NCBI RefSeq assembly: GCF_006345805.1
Contig: NC_042998.1
Span: forward strand, 193,130,001-193,194,000
From: Octopus sinensis
Taxonomy: Eukaryota
Direction: 5' to 3'
Length of the DNA: 64,000 bases
Of the stretch, positions 49,811-63,742 are shown one piece after another (the first letter of the stretch is position 1; every line of letters starts with the position of its first letter). Under the pieces are notes generated by a model. The model was not told the origin of the DNA. It saw only the letters and a program-made list of their open reading frames with translations, and searched no databases. The position numbers and the translations under genes were made by a program.

Positions 49811-50232
49811 CAGTGCTGGATTAACCCATTAAGCAAAATAATCACCACAGAATTGAAAATGGTTTACGGCACGAAAGAAATCACTTTAAACTTACTAAAA
49901 TTCGTAGTGCTTCATATCTTATCAGTATAGAAGCAGAAGTTTTACGCAAAATTAATTTTAACAATACTATCGAAGTCTTTGCAATCAATATATAAAAAAA
50001 TGAAGAGAACACTTTTCAAATATAAATGAAGTCGAAGCATACAAAAATAAACATTATTTTCCATCTTATTGCTAATTTTGTTTCATTTTGAAAAATACAA
50101 ATTTATTCTGGTTTTTTTTTATTGTTTATATTTTGAGTTATTTTTACTTAAATTTTGAACCATTTACATATACTTGAGAGCACCAAAACCTTTTAAGTGC
50201 TTAGGGCCTTTATGGGTCTTAATCCGGCCTTG
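49811..50232. mobile_element. hAT-like MITE
   Basis: Imperfect TIR CAGTGCTGGATTAA / TTAATCCGGCCTTG; flanks CAACCTAC/CAACGTAA (6/8). Confidence 0.55.
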
Positions 50233-50346
50233 CAACGTAACCTTCCTTTTTACTAGACAGAAAGGTCAAGTTTAATGAATGGCTCATATCAGAACATGCG
50301 ACGCATTTTATGAGAAGTACTTTTATAAACGCGTGTAAGCATAACT

Positions 50347-50579
50347 TATTTCTTGATTGCGCACAAGGGGCTAAATATAGAGGGGACAAACAAGGACATA
50401 CATAGGTATTAAGTCGATTATATCGACCCCAGTACGTAACTGGTACTTAATTTATCGACCCCAAAAGGATGAAAGGCAAAGTTGACCTCGCGGAATTTGA
50501 ACTCAGAACGTAACGACAGATGAAATACGGCTACGCATTTCGCCCGGCGTGCTAACGTTTCTGCCAGCTCGCCGCCTCC
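50347..50579 (-). mobile_element. SINE family C monomer
   Basis: Match to other C copies. Confidence 0.88.
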
Positions 50580-51474
50580 ATTTCGCCCGGCGTGAAGCCT
50601 TACTAAATGCTGGAAGGTACTCTACGGTGCTGCTATCCATTGTCGCTGCCATGGTACTAATTTTTTTCTATAACTTCCGTAGAAAAATGGCAGATGTAAA
50701 ACACTGGACTAAATGATTTGAAAATATGTTTCAGCTTCCACTGTTTTGAGTTCATATCCCATTCCCGTTTACTTTGTCCTTGAGGCGGATATTAAGTGCA
50801 ATGAAACGATATCTACCTATGTTCTTTCTCTCGACTATGCTAGTTCCGTTTCAAAAATTATTTGCTCAAATGAAATACATACATACGGAAATATATCTAC
50901 GGTTTAGAATAGGTGTTCAAAACAAAATGAAAGTTTGGTTGCCATGATAAAGGAAAATGGTGGGATTATGGTAAATGTAGTTATCTTGGCGGCGGCGGTG
51001 GCTGTGGCTGTGATGGTGGTGGTGCTGTTACTGCAGCTGCTGTTGGCGTTGGGATCATGATAATGATGAAAGCAGTAGTCAGGGTAAGGCTATTTATGAT
51101 AGATAGATACATAATACATATTCATATACCGTGTATCTACGCATATTTATATGTATATATGCAACTATTATATGCTTGTGCTTGTGTGTGTGCCTGCGTG
51201 CTTGTATGATAGTGCTAGATACAATGCCAAGGTGCTGGCGTCGAATAGGGTTGTCGGTAGGTATGCACATAATATTGAAACATTAAAGTAGGAAAGATGA
51301 GGTAGACAATGAATAAGGTTAGTAGAGCTGATAATGTTAGTATCTAATGTCATTGAAGTATAGATTAATCAACAATTCACTGTATAGCTTCAAAAGTTTC
51401 CAGAAACGTCCACCATTAGAATTGTAGCTTCGGTTCCACATCTTTTTCATTCATCATTGTTTTATTAACCTCAG

Positions 51475-51582
51475 GAGAAAGCAAGAATGATATACGGGCG
51501 GAGTTTACCTTAGCATCAATAAAAACGAATAATGGCAACATCAAACGCTTTAATAAAGATAGTTTACACTTTTACCTGTAAC
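51475..51582 (+). CDS. Weak candidate exon (ESKNDIRAEFTLASIKTNNGNIKRFNKDSLHFYL*)
   Basis: Strong TTTATTAACCTCAG acceptor and an open frame; no good donor. Confidence 0.22.
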
Positions 51583-51839
51583 TGTGGCAACGGTTATTTC
51601 TTACTTGCGTAGCGTTTCGGCTTTGATACGGAAATGTAAGTTATGATCGTAGTGTGTATGTCTACATGTATGTGTGTGCATGTGTGTCCGTGTGTCCAGG
51701 GAATCAGATGAAAGGAATTTAAGTCCGGCCGCGGTAACCACTGGACTAGAACACATGATTTCTATGCGAAATATATTGAAAAAAGATCAGATATTCAGAA
51801 ATGGAAAAACATGTAACTGTAATCACGAATATATGATCG

Positions 51840-52235
<396 letters not shown>

Positions 52236-52329
52236 AGACATGTGCATAAGTATCCATACTTATACACATGCATGCTGTGCTCGTGTAACACGCATACGTA
52301 TGTGCATACATGTATATATATATATAATC

Positions 52330-52520
52330 ACATAATAAAGACTACTCGCTCCCATAGAATTTCTGCTAGTAATGATGCAAATAATTCTGCAAAAGCTTCC
52401 GATGCTGAGAATTTCCTCTGTACGTTTTTTGGGCATCTTCGTGGCTCACATCCAAACAGCACAATGGTCGTTAGTAGCCATTGTAGATTGTATAAGCGCC
52501 TTAATTTGTAATTCTCTGCC
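52330..52520 (-). pseudogene. RTE-type LINE thumb relic
   Basis: LRRLYNLQWLLTTIVLFGCE..KNVQRKFSASE resembles KLRLYNSLVLSILLYGCE..ERKIQAFE. Confidence 0.55.
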
Positions 52521-52622
52521 AGATGCCCTTGCTTAAGAGATTGGCGTCTAAACAGGCCTCGCAACTGAGTCTGCCCTATGAGGAGAAGGTGTGGGCACTC
52601 AGCAGGGTTGTAAAGTAAAATA

Positions 52623-52944
52623 GTGAGGGCGCGTGGCTTAGTGGTTAGGGCATTCGGCTCATGATCGTAAGGTTGTGAGTTCGATTCCCGGCGACGCGTT
52701 GTGTCCTTGAGCAAGACACTTTATTTCACGTTGCTCCAGTCCACTCAGCTGGCAAAAATGAGTTGTACTTGTATTTCAAAGGGTCAGCCTTGTCACTCTC
52801 TGTGTCACGCTGATTTCCCCGAGAACTACGTTAAGGGTACACGTGTCTGTGGAATGCTCAGCCATTTGCACGTTAATTTCACGAGCAAGCTGTTCCGTTG
52901 ATCGTATCAGCTGGGACCCTCGTCGTCGTAACCGGCGGAGTCTT
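52623..52944 (+). mobile_element. Chimeric SINE: head and CORE-like part as at 7312, 3' body as family B
   Basis: 12-bp TSD TAAAGTAAAATA; switches to the family-B body at TGTAC(T/C)TGTATTTCAAAGGG. Confidence 0.88.
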
Positions 52945-53299
52945 TAAAGTAAAATACCAAGATTACCAAAGTTTGGAGCGTGACACTAGCTTTACCTAAT
53001 ACAAGGGAATCGAAGTTGCACCAATATTTAATTCTACACCGGACCAGTCGGGTGCCAGATAAATAACGGCCAGGTTTTTCATTTAACTGAAGCAGGATAG
53101 GGTTCGAAAATTACTGCTTTGCAAACAAACACCTGAAATTTAAACTCACAAAGAAAGGGATCATTGGAGCATAGGATATCAGAACTCTACGAAAAACAAG
53201 TAATGTAATGTGAAAGAACTGGATAACCGTTACTATGACTAAAGTCTACTAGCCAAAATTTATGCGCATAAATTTAAAAAACAAAAATGAACAAAATGC

Positions 53300-53717
53300 C
53301 TATTTCTTTACTACCCACAAGGGGCTAAACACAGAGAGGAGAAACAAGGACAGACAAACGGATTAAGTCGATTATATCGACCCCGGTGTTTCACTGATAC
53401 TTATTTAATCGACCCCGAAAGGATGAAAGGCAAAGTCGACCTCGGCGGAATTTGAACTCGGAACGTAACGGCAGACGAAATACCTATTTCTTTACTACCC
53501 ACAAGGAGTTAAACACAGAGGGGACAAACAAGGACAGACAAACGGATTAAGTCGATTATATCGAACCCAGTGCGTAACTGGTACTTATTTAATGGACCTC
53601 GAAAGGATGAAAGGCAAAGTCGACTTCGGAGAAATTTGAACTCAGAACGTTGCGGCAGACGAAATACCGCTAAGCATTTCGCCCGGCGTGCTAACGTTTC
53701 TGCCAGCTCGCCGCCTT
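53300..53717 (-). mobile_element. SINE family C dimer
   Basis: Junction CAGACGAAATAC|CTATTTC at 53483/53484. Confidence 0.9.
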
Positions 53718-53818
53718 AAAAAGAACAAATTACAGTTTGGCTTGAACTGTATAGACAAAGCGAAGAAGAAGTAAGTCATATCTTCCTACTTTTAGATTCA
53801 TAAGCTCCTTTTCCATTG

Positions 53819-54230
53819 GTTGATATAAGAAAAGATTCCCTAAAGTACACTGATTTGATTGATCGGAACCGATGTAAATCATAACTGTAGTAGGGCTCTG
53901 ACTGTGAACTCATACTGGCGATATGTAAATGAATATTATGAAATTAAAATTTGGACGGGGGCCAGTCAAAAACATAGTTATAGGCCATGTATTTCACATC
54001 CCTGTTCTATGCAGTTGATATAAGAAAAGATTCCCTAAAGTACACTGATTTGATTGATCGGAACCGATGTAAATCATAACTGTGAACTCATACTGGCGAT
54101 ATGTAAACTCATACTGACTGTGAACTCATACTGGCGATATGTAAATGAATATTATGAAATTAAAATTTGGATGGGGACCAGTCAAAAACATTGTTATAGG
54201 CCATGTATTTGACATCCCTGTTCTAAGCAG
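53819..54230 (+). repeat. ~195-bp tandem duplication with nested micro-duplication
   Basis: Copies start at 53819 and 54014; AACTCATACTGGCGATATGTAAA is repeated in copy 2. Confidence 0.92.
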
Positions 54231-55624
54231 CCAGCCATTCGACCTACTAAGAGTAGTAAACAAATATGACTGAAATTTCATCAGCTTATGTAATTTTGAA
54301 ACATTCACACACAAGAAATGAAAGGAAAAGGGTTGCTGTGGTTTTACTTTTCGATCAGGGTTGAACTGGGGATTAGTAACAGCAGCGGAAATATAATATA
54401 CGAGCCAAATAGGGAGCCATTATGTAGTGGCTCGACTTGGTAAAAGTGGCAGTTACATTTTTTTGTCAACTTAGACTTTATCATCTTGACGGGATGCTCA
54501 TGGATGGAATGCTTTTGATCATATCCTTGCTCAGTCAGTTTTGCCATTAATCTATGCAACAATAAAAGAGATGGATAATTTTTTTCTTTCTTTTTTTTTT
54601 CAGCAGAACAAAGATTTGTTCAGTGTTGTGGTTTCCTAAATTGTTGTTGAGTTAAAACAAAGAAGCAGCAAGAAATCTTCCTCAATTATTTCAATAACCA
54701 AGAAAAAGGCACTTGAAAGATAATTACTTTTTTATATTTTTCTGGTATATAAAAATCAACACTTCGAGTTGAGTTATAATAAATGGCTGCAGTTTACTTC
54801 ATGCTCTCTCTCTCTTTCTCTCTCTATTTCTCTCTCTCTCTCTGTCTCTTTCTTTCATCAATGGCAGTCATCATAGACTTGATTCAAGCAATTATAACAA
54901 ATAACAACAACAAGAACAAAAAGAAGAAAACGCATGAAATTCAAGTTATTAATAGTGCATGTGGAAACCATTCTTTTCATTGTTCGCTCTTATCGCAAAT
55001 ACTCCAGAATAACGAAGCTAAGTCGCTATTAAGGAAAGCGTAAGGAGGTCGAGACATTCCTTGAAGAGGCTCTTGTTCTTGGTTTTGTTGTTTTTCTTTA
55101 CAGAGATAGTTTTGATTTTGAATGAGAAATAGATAGAAATTGAGGATAAACTGTCAGATTATATGGTAAAAATGGAGCCAGCTGTTCCAATTGTTGAGTA
55201 GTTCGTTTAAATGAATCAGAGATTTTAGAAGATAACAGACTTGAAATGACAAATACCTTTAAGTGGTTTCCATTTCATTGTAAGCATGCTTATCTGACAA
55301 AACTTCTAATAGTGATCTTTGTGTGTGCAGAATTAAAATTTCATTCCTTGACCTTAGATTCATAAGTGATTTCTAACAGAAATTATTAATGAACTATAAT
55401 ACACGCCAAAGCATTTAATGATTAAAAAAAATTACATTAATCATTATCATCGATGGGTTTTTATTTGTTAGTTTTGTTTTCGTAATTTAGGATGTTGTAT
55501 TTATTTAAAACAGTTTAGCACCGGAAACATTCATGTTTGTAGCATGATGTGTGCTTAATTGTGAGAGTTTGTCAGAATGTTTTTATGTCAGACTCAGCAA
55601 ATCTGTTGGAAAAGAAAAAAAATC

Positions 55625-56030
55625 CTAACATGGGATTACAACAAGTAACCTTAGAAACCGAGAACCCTCCTCAGTATCCTAGCCGTCCCTAATAATACTG
55701 TGTTCTGGAACTGTACTACACTGGGTTTTACGCTTATTTCTTCTATCCATCTGTTCATATGTTTAGGGATAGTTCCCTTTGGACTTATAACTACTGGGAT
55801 ACATTTTCCCGCAGTTTCCACTGTCTCTGTAATTCAATCGCTAGGTCCTGGTACTTTGCTATTCTTCTCATATTAATGTTTTCATCATTCGGGACTGTAA
55901 ATTCGATTGTCTGGTACTTTCTATTCTCTTTATCTACTGCTACCAAATCAGGCCTTCTATTTTTTATTACTCTGTAGGTCTGAATGTTGAAGTCCCATAA
56001 CATCAAGTATTTCTTACTTTTTGTTAGATA
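55625..56030 (-). mobile_element. 3' end of a second R4/Dong-type REL LINE family
   Basis: LWDFNIQT..RRPDLVAVDKE..KYQDLAIELQR, then IPVVISPKGTIP..LLGTARILRRVLGF*. Confidence 0.85.
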
Positions 56031-56035
56031 TCTAA

Positions 56036-56353
56036 TCAAAGTCAGAAAACAGCACAGCTCCCATGACTTTCGGAAACATTTTTTCCCGCTAAGAGTTTCT
56101 GAAGCATGGAACAAACTGCCGGCATCAGTTGTTAGTTGTCAGAGCACTGAATCCTTCAAAACTTCCATGCTTCCTGAGATTCGCCAACACTACACCTGAT
56201 TTTCTCCCCTCCATACACACGCAAGAATGTATCTGACTCATACATTGTTCGCTTTCCAGACATTTGTACATTACTGCATATACTTTATACAAACTTTTGA
56301 CAAGTTGTGGTGCACCTGAGCACTGTATACAATAATTTCATTATTATTATTAT
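56036..56353 (+). mobile_element. 3' end of CR1-type LINE (third family), (ATT)n tail
   Basis: FRKHFFPLRVSEAWNKLP; near-identical to 62330-62645. Confidence 0.92.
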
Positions 56354-57068
56354 TAAATATTGAAACAAGAAAAAGAATGAAAAATATTCAGATGACCATC
56401 ATTTTGAATTGATCCATATTCACAGACAGAAGACTCCACATTATGTTGCCATGCCATTTTGATACTTCTGTTTAGATCAAATCCAACGCGTGAATTCCGA
56501 GCCATTTGATCAATTTTCTGTGGTTCCATCTTCATGTGTGGCTTTAGAGAGATTTCTTCTAGTCTTTCATTCTTCAATTCTATGCAGATAGATTCTGGAG
56601 AAACATCTGCAGGAAATGTGGATAATTTACAGCAATCGATTCGATAATCCACCGCTCCATTTCAATCCCTATTTCCCATTAATAACACAGAATAAAATAT
56701 ATAATCAAGTTTGTTGACTGAAAATATTCCTACATTTTATCTTTCTTTCTCTCTCTCTAGCGCATTCTGTTACTCTCTCTCTCTCTCTTTCTCTCCCTCT
56801 GGTTCATTCTCTATGTGTCTCTAGCGTATTCTCCCTCTTTCTCTCTCTATCCTACCCCACCTCTCTCTATAACTCGTTCTGTGTGTTGATAGCTTGTTCT
56901 GTTTATTCTCTTTCCATATTTGTTTGCGTTTGCTTTTCTACAGCTCATTCTGCGTGCATGCCTATGTGTGTGTGTGTATGCGCGTGACAAGTTCATTCTG
57001 TCTACCTGACGAACGGTAAAACTTCGAAGTCCCTATCATTAAAATTTCTACTCGAAGCACAAGACTCG

Positions 57069-57436
57069 AAATTTTGGGAGAGGGTGCCAGTCGGTTAGAT
57101 CAACCCCAGTACGTAATTAGTACTTAATTTATCGACCCTAAAAGGATGTAAGGCGAAGTCGACCTCGGCGGAATTTGAACTCACAACGTAGCGTCAGACG
57201 AAATACCTATTTTTTTACAACCCACAAGGGGCTAAACACAGAGGGGACAAACAAGGACAGAGAAACGGATTAAGTCGCATATATCAACTCCAGTGCATAA
57301 CTGGTACTTAATTTATCGACTCCGAAAGGATGAAAGGCAAACTCGACCTCGGCGGAATTTGAACTCAGAACGTAGCGGCAGACGAAATACCGCTAAGCAT
57401 TTCGCCCGGCGTTCTAACGTTTCTGCCAGCTCACCA
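57069..57436 (-). mobile_element. SINE family C dimer (3' unit has an alternative tail)
   Basis: Junction CAGACGAAATAC|CTATTT at 57206/57207. Confidence 0.88.
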
Positions 57437-58094
57437 TCTTAATATCATTAATATTGCACTAAATTTGGAGTAGGTTATTTTATATTCAGTTAACGTTCAC
57501 AGTTTTTATGCTTGCAAAAGGCTTCTTTAACTCTACCTCTCCTGCTGTGTGTCTACCTACATATGTACAGACACACACATACAAACATATTACACACACG
57601 AACTCACAAATATATATATATATCGGCATCTATGCACTTGTTTGCGAAGGGGTGGGGTACGTCATCATCATAGACCCCCAAAATAAGTTCAGTAACTAAG
57701 CCTCAGAACCAACTCCTATCGCATACCCTGCTAATAGTTAGTATTGAAGTAACTTTTGGAATATTTAGGTCAATCCCAGCACAATTCCAAGAATAGTATC
57801 TGTGCCACGTTTTTTTTTATCTACCTATCCCTCCACAGATAACAAGAGTCTTCGAACCCCACCCCTACCATGACTACCACTTTTAGCTATTGTTTGCATT
57901 CATGTTTTTCATGGCATTGGTGGCTTTAAATTCATTCCTCTTCTTTATCTTCTCTTCTCCTTCCCCTTTCTCTGTATTCACCATCCCACGTCATGCTTTA
58001 TGTTCATTGCTTTATAACGTAGCAAAGACTGAGCTTCTGTATTAATTACCCTGTGTAATTTACTACTTTATACGATTCACTACTTTAAATAACC

Positions 58095-58300
58095 TCACTA
58101 ATTTACATTATTTACATTTGACGGATATTTGTCCTCATCTTGTTGTTAACGCGCTCATATACCCTCCAGCCTTCATCAGGTGTCTTGGGTTCTCATTCAT
58201 AAGGTATTTTCCGTTGTTATTATTATTATTCAGGTAACTACCTGGAATCGAACTCGGAATCTTGGAGTTAGTAGCCCGTGCTCTTAACCACTATGTCATA
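58095..58300 (-). mobile_element. Penelope-LTR-like repeat with a half hammerhead and a short tRNA-like head
   Basis: Minus strand GGGCATATGACATAGTGGTTAAGAGC..GAGTTCGATTCC followed by (AAT)n; downstream CCTGATGAAGGCTG. Confidence 0.5.
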
Positions 58301-58617
58301 TGCCCGTAGGCAATTATGGAGTGAATTTTAGGGCTTATACATCTAATATTTTCCTATCCTTCCTTAATAGCGGTTCCCATATGCTATTCATATCTGCACT
58401 CGGTCTGAAAAGAAACAGGGATTTTAGCAAAACATATTAAGCAACACTAATAAGAAATTTTTAAAAAAAAACCAGAAATAAACAAGCTTTACACGGTTTT
58501 ATAGATATTTCAAAATTATGATGCTATGATGCTAGGTGCTTCGATTATTTTGTTCAATCCCTGTATATATCTATATCTATTATGGCTAAGATTAAGGTCT
58601 AATATCTTTTCTTATCA

Positions 58618-58694
<77 letters not shown>

Positions 58695-59249
58695 CGTTAT
58701 GCTAAGTATTTACGACACTATACTTTCACTATATATTTTCATATTATTCAGCCCCCAATCTTATTTACCTGTGTGCTCCTCTCCCCCAAGAATTAGTTAT
58801 CTAGAAACAAAATAACCCGCAAAACAGTTTATTATTATTTTTTTTTAGTTTCTCTTTGAATGTTGGGCACTTTAAAAAGCCTGAGAAAGCAGGCTAAATG
58901 GAACATATACACAAAAATGTGTAAGTGGGTAAAGAACTTGTCTTGGAAGCAAATTACATTTAGCAGCGTATTACATAGAAATGTACTAAAAGAAACTATC
59001 AAGTAACAGAGACTATGGTTTTTGGGACACTGATGGTGGGGAGAAAAATGAAATTGTACGCCATTACTGTAAGGTAAAAGAGACAAATTTTATCGAACAA
59101 ATGTGCAGTAATTGTTGAAGGATATACACCTTGAAAAAACACTATTGCCAAGATTATGGAGGGCAGAAAATCGTGGAAGAGAGTTATTAATGAGCTGCGA
59201 CAGCGTTAAACATGAAGTGTTTCTAAGAGTATGATTTTAATTAATTAAA

Positions 59250-59638
59250 CAGGAGTGGCTGTGTGGTAAGTAGCTTGTTTACAAACCACATGGTTCAGGG
59301 TTCAGTCCCACTGCGTGGCACCTTGGGCAAGTGTCTTCTACTATAGCCTCGGGCCGACCAATGCCTTGTGAGTTGATTTGGTAGACGGAAACTGGAAGAA
59401 GCCCGTCGTATATATATGTGCGTGTGTGTGTTTGTGTGTCTGTGTTTGTCCCCCTAGCATTGCTTGACAACCGATGCTGGTGTGCTTATGTCCCCGTTAC
59501 TTAGCGGTTCGGCAAAAGAGACCGCTAGAATAAGTACTGGGCTTACAAAAAAGAATAAGTCCCGGAGTCGAGTTGCTCGATTAAAGGCGGTGCTCCAGCA
59601 TGGCCGCAGTCAAATGACTGAAACAAGTAAAAGAGTAA
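59250..59638 (+). mobile_element. SINE family A
   Basis: Full match. Confidence 0.92.
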
Positions 59639-60137
59639 ACAAGTTTTTGTCTTTCTATATCAGCGTCCACTTCATTATTTACTATGCAGTAGGAACCCCT
59701 TCGTGTTTTCCCTCTATTATTCTTTTCGGTATTGATACCAATCAATGTTCATTCACAAAATTCTCTATCTCTCTTGTCGTTCAGTTATATTATGCTTCAC
59801 TGATGAGGATTAATTAGACTGAAACATGCATAGATTTATGACTGAAATGCTAGACATGTCAGAATCATTCGCCACTGTATTCTGTATTAATTTATTTCAA
59901 TTAATTAAATTTCTAGCTTGTCTTCTCTGCCATTTCTCCATCAATTTAGATATCTGTGTTCTTCACAAAATATAGTTTTAATTTATTAAAATTCTTAGGC
60001 TGATTCCACCAATTTCACTATTTTGTAATATCTTGCCCATATATCCACTCCCTTTTATCCTCACTATATATTAACATATATCTTGATATTTTCTTCTCTA
60101 CATACGTTGGCGTATACATATCTCAACTTTGTCAAGA

Positions 60138-60300
60138 AGGCAGTGAGCTGGCATAACCGTTAGCATGCCGGACGAAATGCTTAGTGGTATTTCGTCTGTC
60201 TTCGTGCTGAGTTCAAATGCCGCTGGTGTCGACTTTGACTTTCATCCTTATCGGCGGTGCATCAGCATGGCCGCAGCTCTGAGCTGAAATTAGAAAGAAA
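60138..60300 (+). mobile_element. Chimeric SINE: family C head plus family-A-like 3' end
   Basis: GGCAGTGAGCTGGCA..GAGTTCAAAT, then GGCGGTGCATCAGCATGGCCGCAG. Confidence 0.65.
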
Positions 60301-60563
60301 GGTGCCACCTGCTGTCACAGAGAAAAATTCACTGAGAAAATCCAATGTGTGCTAGGGCCATGATGTATTTGTACATGATAAATCCTTTGTATCTACATGA
60401 AACCCATGTCTGTATTAAATCATGTACCGAGTCAAACAAAACAGATTCTTTTGAGAGGAATATGTTATCTGATGATATGCTTCAGTTCGCTTCTAGTTTG
60501 TAACATTACAAAACAGAGAAATAGATTTTAAAAAAACATGTCGGCCTGGCGAGCATTTTGAGT

Positions 60564-60910
60564 GGAAGCACTCCGTCGGTTACGACGACAAGGGTTCCGG
60601 TTGATCCGAATCAACGGAACAGCCTGCTCGTGAAATTAACGTGTAAGTGGCTGAGCACTCCACAGAAACGTGTACCCTTAATGTAGTTCTCGGGGATATT
60701 CAGCGTGACACAGAGAGTGACAAGGCCGGCCCTTTGAAATACAGGTACAACAGAAACTAAGAGTGAGAGAAAGTTGTGGTGAAAGAGTACAGCAGCGATC
60801 ACCACCATCCCCTGCCGGAGCCTCGTGGAGCTTTTAGGTGTTTTCGCTCAACAAACACTCACAACGCCCGGTCTTCCGCTGCCCTAACCACTGGGCCATT
60901 GCGCCTCCAC
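60564..60910 (-). mobile_element. SINE family B with B-box region deleted
   Basis: 11-bp TSD GCATTTTGAGT. Confidence 0.9.
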
Positions 60911-61999
60911 GCATTTTGAGTAAAGGATATATGAACCAACACTTTACAGTCATAATTTTAGAGATCAATATTATGTATTAAACACAAGGTTTAATCAAAA
61001 TGATATTCCTGATGTGTTTTTCCTAATGACCTTTATGAAAATTCTGTCATGTACTCATCATCTGGAAAGCATCATTCTTTTGATGATAAATGTATGCTTG
61101 ATGTTTTTTTTTTAATTTAATGTTAGATATGTCATGAAATGATTTGTTTCGTGTTTTTTCATTTTTCATTTTTTTTCATAAGACAGTTAAAAAAATCTGA
61201 TTGCTGCCCTCTGTCAACTTTGATAAAATCCAATTCCCATTTTATTGAATGTTATATCATTAATAATTAATTCCACACCATATTGAAATATTGATTGTCT
61301 TTTTCAACCCTGTTATCATTTTGAACCCCTTTTGCTAATTTCATGCATGTTATTTGATAGAAATTTGAGGTTAATGTCACTTGAACTGTGTGTGAAATTT
61401 ACTGGAAAATCAGAAAAATATTGAAGTGTAATAAAATGCTAATGTTGATGCAAATTTTTGATAAGAAATTTTAATTCGAGTTCTCTTGACCTGTATAGGT
61501 TGTCAAATGGTGATCATTTAAAAATAATTTTATTTAGTGGAGACATCTAAAACGGAGACGTCTGATTATTAGGGCCATACCAGAATTTACTTGAATGTCC
61601 TCTCAAACCATAGCCGCACAGAATCCCAGCTCTCTGCGTTGGAGTTGAACTCAAAACGGCTTTTGAGAAGTAGCTGCTTCCTGTGTAATGATCAAAATTT
61701 AAATTCTTTGAGGTATCATTATTTTTATTTTTCAAAAATGGTACAACGCAAAAGGTACCCTTTTCAGTAAATCTTCCATTATAATTCATCAAAATTCTAT
61801 TACAATTCATTATAATTCCTCCAAAATTCATCCAATTTAGAGCTAAAAAGTACTTTCACTCAGAACAAGAAACCTGTTTAAAATCTTATGATAAGGCATA
61901 ACTAAATAAATCCTTATATAAATAAGAAAGATTAATTATACTTATATAAATACTTGAAATAATAATATCTAATAACCGACAGCAATTTACAAGTCCTTT

Positions 62000-62650
62000 G
62001 TGAGCCGCTCTTCGGCTGTCTATCTGCGGCTTTATATAGCTGTGGTACGACCGCACCTGGAATTTGCCTCACCGGTCTGGAACTCCTATCTTGCCCAGGA
62101 TATTAATCGTCTGGGAGCCGTTCAGCGACGTGCAACCAAGAGAATACCCTCCATCAGGCATTTGTCATATTCTGAATGCCTTACTTCCCTGGGCATGGAT
62201 ACATTGAAACTCCAATGTCTGGCAGCTGACTTGGCAGCCACCCATAAAGTTATTAACCATCTTACTAACAATAACTCTGAGCACCTTTTCAAACTCCATC
62301 TGTCTAACACCCGTGGACATGTTTACAAAGTCAGAAAAGAGCACAACTCTCATGACTTTTGGAAACACTTTTTCACACTATGAGTTGCTGAAGCATGGAA
62401 CAAACTGCCGGCATCACTTGTTAGTTGTCGGCGCACTACATCCTTCAAAACTTCCATGCTTCCTGAGATTCGCCAACACTACACCTGATTTTTTCCCCCT
62501 CCATACACACGCAAGCATGTATCTGACTCATACACTGTTCACTTTCCAGACATTTGTACATTACTGCATATACTTTATACACACTTTTGACAAGTTGTGT
62601 TGCAACGGAGCACTGTATACAATAATTTCATTATTGTATATTATTATTAT
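62000..62650 (+). mobile_element. 3' end of CR1-type LINE (third family)
   Basis: LYIAVVRPHLEFASPVWN..VQRRATKRIP..LSYSECL..NTRGH. Confidence 0.92.
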
Positions 62651-63253
62651 GTCAGAATTTATATTAAACGGGAGCAATTTATATTATGTTAGAATTTACG
62701 TTATCTATTAAATGTGCAATACTCCCACCTAACAAAACCAAGAGGCGCACACACTATATTAATTACTGTCCACCTCCCAAACGAAATATACAATCCAAAG
62801 ACCGAATGTTATCCATCATACATATTCATATATACGACTGTGTAATCAAAAGGTTCGTTCTTATCTTAGCTACAAAGCTTGCGGCATTTTGACCAAATGT
62901 CTTCTATGCACTGAAGAGTTATAAGTAGAATTTAGTTGATTAAAACTGTGCGGAATTCACACAGATAGATCCTTTCGGTGCTTCGGTATTATACTTAACC
63001 TATCACTTTTTTCAACATTACCACCTAACCTTAGATCACATTAAAATCTACTTAGTGGCAAGTATTCGGGCCAGCAATATCTCTAGCCTAGGGATAAATT
63101 CTTCCTGTCCTCATACAAGTAGGCCTTGCAATAAGTCATGGGCGCTTTCCTTTCTTCTCTTGCTAATATATCTCAAATATAACACTTCTATGCCTTATTT
63201 ATGCTTATATGCAAAGCCGCTCGGGACATAAACAAACATTGTGTGCGACTATA

Positions 63254-63742
63254 TGAATGTATGTATTTATGTATGTATGTATGTATGTATGTATGTATGT
63301 ATGTTTGCTTGTATGTATGTATGTATGTATGTATGTATGTTATGTATGTATGTAATGTATGTACGTTATGTATGTATGTATGTATGTATGTATGTATTTA
63401 TGTATGTATGTATGTATGTATGTATGTATGTATGTATGTATGTATGTATGTATGTATGTATGTATGTATGTATGTATGTATGTATGTATGTATGTATGTA
63501 TGTTATGTGTGCATGTATGTATGTATGTATGTATGTATGTATGTGCAGATTTTTACGGTTCCAGTGATGGATTGGATATGTAGTCTTCGAATTAGCATTC
63601 TCCTTTCTGGTTTTGAGAAGTCTAATTTCTCAAGATTGGCATTTAGGCAGCGTGATGCATGCATACATGCATGTATGTATGTATGTATGTATGTATGTAT
63701 GTATGTATGTATGTATGTATGTATGTATGTATGCATATATGT
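63254..63742. repeat. Long (ATGT)n microsatellite with an embedded LINE fragment
   Basis: Direct inspection. Confidence 0.95.
63547..63653 (-). mobile_element. 107-bp internal fragment of the 39502-40970 R4/Dong-type family
   Basis: Reverse complement matches ~40620-40728 (CLNANLEKLDFSKPERRMLIRRLHIQSITGTVKIC). Confidence 0.9.

Noticed and set aside
55791-56114. 107-aa ORF as one protein
   Set aside because: Fusion of antisense CR1 sequence with a separate REL fragment.
61547-61831. 94-aa non-repetitive minus-strand ORF
   Set aside because: Weak acceptor and no recognised domain; left unannotated, though RNA-seq could rescue it.
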